Shown here piece after piece: positions 19,952-26,011 of a DNA stretch of 38,263 nucleotides. The position numbers and the translations under genes were made by a program. The notes below the pieces were generated by a model, which had not been told where the DNA came from, ran no database searches, and saw only the letters and a list, made by a program, of their open reading frames with translations. This stretch comes from Victivallales bacterium (GTDB lineage: Bacteria > Verrucomicrobiota > Lentisphaeria > Victivallales > UBA1829), in assembly GCA_045639225.1 (NCBI GenBank), contig JAZUCR010000431.1, forward strand, positions 1 to 38,263. Reading direction: 5' to 3'. Positions within the stretch are counted from its first letter, which is position 1; each line of letters starts with the position of its first letter.

Positions 19952-21481
19952 TCATGGTTTTACTGCGGATCTGAACCAGTCCAGAAAAGCTTCCCGCTGC
20001 CGAACGTATTTTTCCGTTGCGCGGCGGTATTCCTGCTGCAGTTTCGCATCCTTCCGGCTGCGGATCATCGTTGCCTCGTTCCGGAGCGTCAGCCATTCCC
20101 GCTGTTCCACTCCGAAAAACTGCAGGAAACGGTCCGTTTCCGCCATCTTCCGGAGAATTTTCGGTCCCGGATCCTTTCCGTTTTTTTCACGATGGAGCAG
20201 TTCTTCCAGAGCTTTCCATTTGCGGTTCCGTTCCCATTCGATCCCGGCCCGCTGCCAGAGTTCCATCCGTTCTGGATCACGGTAAAGGGTCAAAGTGTCG
20301 GCGCCGACTCCGCTTGTGCATAATCCCTCATAGAATTTACGGCATCCATTCCGTTTTTCCGGATCGGGGATCGAGTTCAGCCAGGTTTCCAATTTCTCCC
20401 GGAAAACGCGGTCCGCCTGATGCTGTTTCAGCCAGTCCAGAAATGCAAACCAGTCTCCGGTCCGGTCGGTTTCCGAAGCATATTCGCGCAGGTTTCCTGC
20501 CTCCGCCAGACGGTTGTATTCCGCCAGGCTCAGCGTGGAATAACTGCGGCGGACTTTCGGAAAATCCGGGATCTCTTCTTTTTTCGGTATTTGCTTTTCC
20601 GGTTTGATATCCGCTGGTTTGACTGCCGGAGCCGATTCGGCACGTTCGGCCGGGACAGTATGCGCAGGAGAACGGAGCAGGAGCAGGAACGGGATCGCCA
20701 GCAGCGCGGCCGCGGTCAGGATTGCCGGCAGCAGATATTTCCGGGTCCGGCGCGGTGCGGGCAGCTGACCGTTCAGAAAATCCATCAGTTCCGCCGTGTC
20801 ATGGATTTCCGGTTCATCTCCGCAGACGGCGATGGCGGCCCGCAAAATCACGGATGCCGCGTCGGAAAGTTCGCCGTCGTAATACGGAAATTTTCCCGGC
20901 TGCTGTCCGGACAGCGCACAGTAAAGTGTTTTGGCCAGTGCGTAACAGTCGGTATATTCATTCGGGGCGGTCTGTCCTTTCAGCAGGGCAGGCGCAAGGA
21001 AGCCGGGCGAACCGGCAAAGGTGGCGTTTTCTCCGCGCGTGACCAGTCCGATATCCCCCAGCACGATTTCCCCGTTCCGGAAGAAGATATTGTCCGGTTT
21101 GATGTCCCGGTGGATCAGCCCGTGTTTATGCAGTTCCGCCAGGGCTCCCGTCAGTTTTTTGGCCATCGGAAGCAGTTCGTCCGGCGGTATTTTCCGTCCG
21201 GCCAGCGGACTTTCGCACCAGTCCATCGTGTAGAACAGCTGTCTGTCCGTTTGCCCGACATGATGGATCCGGATCAGGTTTGGATGTTCGATTTTCTGAT
21301 ACAGCTTCACGGCCTGAAGTTCGCGTTCCGCCAGACTGCCCTGTTCCGGAAACATTTTCAAGGCGAAGCGTTCGCCCGAGATGAGATTTTCCGCCAGATA
21401 AACCGTCCCGCAGGAACCGGAACCGGTTTCTTCCAGCAGTTTATAGCCGTCCAGAATGGAATCAATGATTTCCTGTTTCAT
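19952..21481 (-). CDS. Hanks-type Ser/Thr protein kinase with one TM helix and a C-terminal extracytoplasmic domain
   Basis: GSGSCGTVYLA P-loop, ALK lysine, HRDIKPDNIF catalytic loop, and a DIG variant of DFG. The TM helix is YLLPAILTAAALLAIPFLLLL. Confidence 0.9.
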   Translation of the reverse strand: MKQEIIDSILDGYKLLEETGSGSCGTVYLAENLISGERFALKMFPEQGSLAERELQAVKLYQKIEHPNLIRIHHVGQTDRQLFYTMDWCESPLAGRKIPPDELLPMAKKLTGALAELHKHGLIHRDIKPDNIFFRNGEIVLGDIGLVTRGENATFAGSPGFLAPALLKGQTAPNEYTDCYALAKTLYCALSGQQPGKFPYYDGELSDAASVILRAAIAVCGDEPEIHDTAELMDFLNGQLPAPRRTRKYLLPAILTAAALLAIPFLLLLRSPAHTVPAERAESAPAVKPADIKPEKQIPKKEEIPDFPKVRRSYSTLSLAEYNRLAEAGNLREYASETDRTGDWFAFLDWLKQHQADRVFREKLETWLNSIPDPEKRNGCRKFYEGLCTSGVGADTLTLYRDPERMELWQRAGIEWERNRKWKALEELLHREKNGKDPGPKILRKMAETDRFLQFFGVEQREWLTLRNEATMIRSRKDAKLQQEYRRATEKYVRQREAFLDWFRSAVKP

Positions 21482-21519
21482 TCGGTCATATTTTCAGATT
21501 TCATTCGGTTGAATTTTTT

Positions 21520-21551
21520 TACGGAGTGGTACGGATTAATACGGAGTGGTA
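21520..21551. repeat. Perfect 12-nt direct repeat TACGGAGTGGTA x2, start-to-start spacing 20 nt
   Basis: Copies at 21520-21531 and 21540-21551, in the 86-nt spacer between the sigma factor and kinase genes. Confidence 0.85.
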
Positions 21552-21567
21552 AGGAGGTTGCGAAATC

Positions 21568-22182
21568 TCATCTTTCATCTTTCATCTCTAATTTCAGATT
21601 CGGATCGTCCCGGTTGATTTCGGCAATGATTTCCCGCAGATGCGTGATGCAACGGCTTTTCGCCACATATACCTGATTGATGTCCAGCTTGAGGAAATCC
21701 GCGGTTTCTTTCGCACTTTTTCCTTGGAACGCGGTCAGATGGAATGCCAGAAACGTTTCCGGTTTCACCTGATTGCGGAGACGGTCGAGCGCTTCCTGCA
21801 GCATTTGTTTGCGCCATTCGTCCAGAAACATGTCATCGGCTTCGGCCGGCACGGGCGCTTCCGGGATCTTGTCGGAGAGGATTTCACCCGAGCGCTGCTG
21901 TTTCTCCCTCAGGCAATCATAGATGCAGGAACAGAGGATCTGATTGAAATACGTGCGGAACCGGGCGCGTTTCGAATCATATTTCATGACCAGGTCATGC
22001 TGGAAGAATTTGAGCATGATATTCTGGAGCAGGTCCTTGCATTCATCGGTTGTCAGTCCGTAACTTCCGCCGGCCTGAAAGACGACGGGCGAATACCGGT
22101 CGTAGAATTCCTGCCACGATACTTCATCGCCGGTCTGGATTTTTTCCAGCATGGTTTTATGGGTCGATGGAAAAGCGCTCAT
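21568..22182 (-). CDS. ECF-type RNA polymerase sigma factor (sigma-70 family)
   Basis: Start taken at the ATG at 22182, after AGGAAGGA. It has a region-2-like segment (WQEFYDRYSPVVFQ) and a region-4 HTH (AKETADFLKLDINQVYVAKSRCITHLRE). It lies directly upstream of the kinase. Confidence 0.85.
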   Translation of the reverse strand: MSAFPSTHKTMLEKIQTGDEVSWQEFYDRYSPVVFQAGGSYGLTTDECKDLLQNIMLKFFQHDLVMKYDSKRARFRTYFNQILCSCIYDCLREKQQRSGEILSDKIPEAPVPAEADDMFLDEWRKQMLQEALDRLRNQVKPETFLAFHLTAFQGKSAKETADFLKLDINQVYVAKSRCITHLREIIAEINRDDPNLKLEMKDER

Positions 22183-22317
22183 ATTGGTCCTTCCTGTTTT
22201 CATGCCAATATACACTCCATCGGGTCAAAAGCAAGATTCCGCATTCGATTTCTTATTTTTTCTTGATCGGGGTCTTCGCAAGCCGCATCTGCGGCATCAT
22301 GATATCTTGCCGCATGC

Positions 22318-22707
22318 TTATCGGAATCCGATCACAAAACCGAAGAAAGCTCCTTCAATGATGTCATGGATATCTTCCACCCTGGCGATGGAAAATATCG
22401 GCGAGCCGTTTCCGTTCCCGTTGCTGAAAAATTCGATCAGCGAGCCGTGTTTCCGGAAATACCAGTTCGGCGAGCTGGCACAGTTCGGGTTTGGATAGAC
22501 TTCGACCCAGTCCCTGCCGACTCTCATGCTGTAAACCGGCGAGCCGTTTCCGTTCCCGTTGTTATAGTATTCCACCCGGTTTCCGATGAACCGGAAAAAA
22601 GTCGTCGGACAGCCGCCCATATTGCCGTTCGGGTAACATTCCGTGCAGTCTCTTCTCCTGCGGTAGGAGAAATACGGGGATCCGTTGGCGTTGCCGGTGT
22701 TGTACAC
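22318..22707 (-). CDS. Repeat protein of unknown family (G-N-x-N-G-S-P repeats), apparently 5-prime truncated or frameshifted
   Basis: The 129-aa ORF has a GTG start. Three repeats contain GN(A/G)NGSP(Y/V/I)(F/Y)S. A further repeat continues in frame upstream, with no start codon available. An SD-preceded ATG lies at 22792 in another frame. Confidence 0.6.
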   Translation of the reverse strand: MYNTGNANGSPYFSYRRRRDCTECYPNGNMGGCPTTFFRFIGNRVEYYNNGNGNGSPVYSMRVGRDWVEVYPNPNCASSPNWYFRKHGSLIEFFSNGNGNGSPIFSIARVEDIHDIIEGAFFGFVIGFR

Positions 22708-22979
22708 ATAGAAATCATTTCCGCGCTTGTCGATGCTCGCATAGGGCGAACCGTTCGCGTTTCCGCTTGTTGTAGAATGTCATCAGACTCATTGCTCGTC
22801 CTCCTGTTTTTCTTATATACGGGATTTTTCCGGAAATCTATCACCGTTCCGTTCGAAAATCAAGAAAAATCCCTGTTGGTTTGCATTGGAGAAAAAATCA
22901 TCCGTGAATTCCCGGTCCGTTGAGCTGGATCATCTCAACACGTGATGATTCATGATATCACACTGATTTCCGATTCCGA

Positions 22980-25043
22980 TCATTCTCCGTCCTTGTGGCG
23001 GTTCCTCCCGGTATCTACCATTCCCAGAATTGCCATGAAAAGCAGAAAGGCTTCGATTTTCAGTTCCGCTTTTCCGACATTGGAACAGAGGATGCATTCT
23101 TTGCAGCCGATGCCGCAGCAGCTGTTGACGGAAGAACACCATTTTTCCGCTTCGTTTCCTTTCCTGATTTTTTCGGAAAAATCCTCCAGCATTGCCTTTA
23201 TGCTCGGCACGGCGGGAATACTGAAGATGTGATCCTTAAAACAGAAAACAAAAGGCGGAGTTGCGAAATCCATTTTGATCAATTGCTCATCGGAGACGGT
23301 CCAGCGGGACCAGGAACCGTCTTTTTGTTTGCGGCAGCCGATCTCTTCCATGAACTGGCCGGCGGCAGCAAAATTGCCGTTGTCCTCCGCTTCGGTCATC
23401 CATTGGAAATACCGGTTGTCCCGGCTCCATTTGTCCCGGTTGGCGATGGCGGAAAAATAAAGACTGCTGCTCAGCATGAAACGGCATCGTCTGATGTTGT
23501 CCAGTTCGCCGATCCCGCGGTAATAGGCACATGCCTTTTCCGTCATTTCGCGCAGCTTGTCGATATTCAGGATCGGCTGCCGGGAAAATTCCAGTGCGAT
23601 TTCTCGCAACGGCCCTTCATGTCCATGATCCAGACTGCCCGCGGCAGTCGTTTCCGGTTTTTCCCGTTTCGTTTCCGCTGCCGGGCGATGGTTCCCGGCC
23701 AGGGAAACCGCAGGTTTGGGGTCGGCAGCTTTTTTCGGACGGCTTGCCGACGGCTGCGGACGGGTGATTTCGTTGGCCCGTTCCCAGGCGGCGATCTTTT
23801 CCATGATTTCCGCACATCCGGTCGGGACGGCATTCTGCAGACATTCCTGAAACAGCGGCAGGGAATACCGGGTCATTCTCCGGTCGAAAGCGGTCTGTTT
23901 GATTTTCTGCGCGATCCCGGTCAGGTCCGCTCCGCTGAATCCGTCCGTCCGGGCCGCCATGAAATCGACCGCATCCGGATCCACCGGATATGCAACGTCC
24001 CGGAAACTGTTGCCGATGATTTTCCGCCTCGCTTCCTCGTCGGGGAGTCCCACGTAGGCCTTCACGTCGAAACGGCCGGTGCGCATGAACGCCTCGTCGA
24101 TCAGCCACGGCGCATTGGTTGCGCCGAGCAGCAGCATCGGGTTCCGGTTGTCACGGACCCCGTCCAGTTCCTGCAGGATGACCGAGATGACCTTCTGCGT
24201 GGTCTCATGGACCATTTCCGAACGTTTCTGGAAGATGCTTTCGAGTTCGTCGATGAACACCACCGACAGCGGGTATTTCCGGGCGGTTTTGAAAAAATCC
24301 CGGATGTTGTTTTCCGATTCGCCGACGTATTTCCCGAAAATATCCGCCGCCGTGATCGAGAAGAACGGCAGATCCAGTTCCCCGGCAACCGCTTTGGCAA
24401 TGAAGGTTTTTCCTGTTCCCGGCGGTCCGTAGAGCAGGATGCCGCCGCCCGTTTTCAGCCCGTGTTTCCGTGCTTCCTCCGGGTTGCGCACCGGTTCGAT
24501 CATCCGCAGACGGATTTGCTCTTTCACATCTTCCATGCCCGCCACGTCGTCCATCCGGACTTTCGGTTTTTCCACGCGAATCTTTTCTTCCGCGGCGGGA
24601 TCGGAATCGGGATCGGGATCGGAATCGGAATCGGGATCGGGATCGGGAGCCGAACCGGCAGTCCCCGAGAGCGCCCGCTCCAGACAATCGGAAAGTGACA
24701 TTCTGTTCAGCTGCTCCAGAAAATGATTCTTCTGTGTTTCGAGTCTGTCGCTGTTCAAGATCCGGTCCCGCAGATCATCCAGTTGTTCTTCGAGTTTGCC
24801 GTAGATGATCCTGCCGGATCTGTTTCCTTCCCGCTTTGCCACGGCTCCTAAAGCCTTGGCGCAGGCCCAGGCCAGATTGGCATGCACAAATGCCAGCTCC
24901 AAGTCATTGGATATTAATGCAATTTGTATCAGTATCGTTTCCATGGACAGTCGTTTGACAGTATAGTCTTTCTCACTCGAGGGCAGCAGTTCCTCCATGT
25001 CAAATTCCTGATGGAACTGATCCAGTTCTTCAAAACCATCCAT
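22980..25043 (-). CDS. Classic-clade AAA+ ATPase with N-terminal helical domain, PD/SD linker, long C-terminal domain, Cys-rich motif and hydrophobic tail
   Basis: 687 aa. Walker A is GPPGTGKT and Walker B is VVFIDELE. The second region of homology is GATNAPWLIDEAFMRTGRFD. The C-terminus contains CSSVNSCCGIGCKECILC followed by IEAFLLFMAILGMV. Confidence 0.9.
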   Translation of the reverse strand: MDGFEELDQFHQEFDMEELLPSSEKDYTVKRLSMETILIQIALISNDLELAFVHANLAWACAKALGAVAKREGNRSGRIIYGKLEEQLDDLRDRILNSDRLETQKNHFLEQLNRMSLSDCLERALSGTAGSAPDPDPDSDSDPDPDSDPAAEEKIRVEKPKVRMDDVAGMEDVKEQIRLRMIEPVRNPEEARKHGLKTGGGILLYGPPGTGKTFIAKAVAGELDLPFFSITAADIFGKYVGESENNIRDFFKTARKYPLSVVFIDELESIFQKRSEMVHETTQKVISVILQELDGVRDNRNPMLLLGATNAPWLIDEAFMRTGRFDVKAYVGLPDEEARRKIIGNSFRDVAYPVDPDAVDFMAARTDGFSGADLTGIAQKIKQTAFDRRMTRYSLPLFQECLQNAVPTGCAEIMEKIAAWERANEITRPQPSASRPKKAADPKPAVSLAGNHRPAAETKREKPETTAAGSLDHGHEGPLREIALEFSRQPILNIDKLREMTEKACAYYRGIGELDNIRRCRFMLSSSLYFSAIANRDKWSRDNRYFQWMTEAEDNGNFAAAGQFMEEIGCRKQKDGSWSRWTVSDEQLIKMDFATPPFVFCFKDHIFSIPAVPSIKAMLEDFSEKIRKGNEAEKWCSSVNSCCGIGCKECILCSNVGKAELKIEAFLLFMAILGMVDTGRNRHKDGE
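24597..24650. repeat. Hexanucleotide tandem repeat (GGGATC/GGAATC, 9 units) inside the AAA+ gene
   Basis: Read directly from the sequence. It encodes APDPDPDSDSDPDPDSDP on the minus strand. All units except the last (GGGAGC) end in ATC: five form a full GATC, and three are GGAATC (AATC, no GATC). Confidence 0.9.
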
Positions 25044-25110
25044 TTTCCTGATTCCCGCCTGTTATATTTTCACGGAACCGAGGTTCCCGTTATTGTTTTC
25101 GTGCAAAACG

Positions 25111-25133
25111 GGAGCCGGGTTTCCCCGGACTCC
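25111..25133 (-). terminator. Intrinsic-terminator-like hairpin downstream of the DIP1984-family gene
   Basis: The minus-strand RNA reads GGAGUCCGGGGAAACCCGGCUCC (9 bp with one bulge), followed by CGUUUUG. Confidence 0.4.
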
Positions 25134-25136
25134 CGA

Positions 25137-25311
25137 CCTGACAGAGTGTGAAGTGACAAAGCTAAATTTTGATTTTTGAGTTTTTGGGTGAAAGATGCCG
25201 CGTTGACGCCGTACTTAATTTTACAATCTGAGGAGTACTAGCTTGTGTCAGGCGACATCCTTCAGTTAAGCGGGCCGCCGAAGCGGCCAAATCACTTCAC
25301 TCCCTGTCAGG
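25137..25311. repeat. 175-bp element bounded by 20-nt terminal inverted repeats (MITE/REPIN-like or structured RNA)
   Basis: CCTGACAGAGTGTGAAGTGA (25137-25156) matches the reverse complement of TCACTTCACTCCCTGTCAGG (25292-25311) at 18 of 20 positions. An internal perfect hairpin GGCCGC-CGAA-GCGGCC lies at 25273-25288. Confidence 0.6.
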
Positions 25312-25316
25312 ATTAT

Positions 25317-25766
25317 TCAAAACTCAAACTCAAAACGAGTTTGGGCGTTGAATTCATCTATCTCATCCTGCAGTGTATTGATCCTCTGCTGGAGAGCTTC
25401 CATTTCACTGGTGATTTCTCCCTTTTTGATTTCAGAAGTGTAAACCCTGTCATCCAGAGAGGATACTCCCCTGGGCTGTTTCCCTTCCTTGACGGGAATT
25501 TCCCTCACTCTGGAAAGGAGGTGTTTGACTTCAGCCAGTTCCACCAGCTTGTCACTGATGCCTGCATTGGCATGGCTGATGGCCTGTTTCAGTCTGATCA
25601 GTTTTTCTGAGAGATCATGGAACTCCTGATATTTTTCCCTGATGTCAATACTTCTGACTCCTCCTTCAATCTGGGAATTTTCTTCTTTGATGAGGCTCAG
25701 TGTCTCCATGATTTTCTGATTGAGACGAGATCTTTCCTTGAAAGCTTTAGCCAATGAAATCTTCAT
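25317..25766 (-). CDS. DIP1984-family (septicolysin-like) helical protein
   Basis: 149 aa. The MKISLAKAFKERSRLNQKI N-terminus, the central AISHANAG motif and the C-terminal IDEFNAQTRFEF match my recollection of DIP1984-family proteins. AGGAGG lies before the ATG. The gene is AT-rich relative to its flanks. Confidence 0.6.
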   Translation of the reverse strand: MKISLAKAFKERSRLNQKIMETLSLIKEENSQIEGGVRSIDIREKYQEFHDLSEKLIRLKQAISHANAGISDKLVELAEVKHLLSRVREIPVKEGKQPRGVSSLDDRVYTSEIKKGEITSEMEALQQRINTLQDEIDEFNAQTRFEFEF

Positions 25767-26011
25767 GTTTCATCCTCCTTTTGGGGTTGCTGATGTTGGA
25801 TCGTTCCGATCGTTTCATCCCTCATATACGGCATTTTTTCCCAATTCTGACAGTTTCCTGAAAAAAAGTTGAAAAAGTTTCAAGCTGCAAGACACAAACT
25901 GCAAGTCACAAGCTTTCTGCTTAAAGTCCGCAGAGCGGGCTCACGGATCATTGGCCACGCTTCCGGTTTTCCGCAATCTTTAAGTGAGCAATGCGGGCGG
26001 TCCTTCTCCTC

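Noticed and set aside
24597-24650. The repeat array, considered as a CRISPR or another non-coding array.
   Set aside because: It is a 6-nt unit with no spacers, fully in frame within the AAA+ gene. It is a coding microsatellite.
25137-25311. The idea that the 175-bp inverted-repeat element is a 6S RNA (similar length, closing stem).
   Set aside because: Beyond the 20-bp terminal stem the two halves do not pair in the extended helix plus central bubble pattern expected for 6S RNA. This is unsupported without a covariance-model search.
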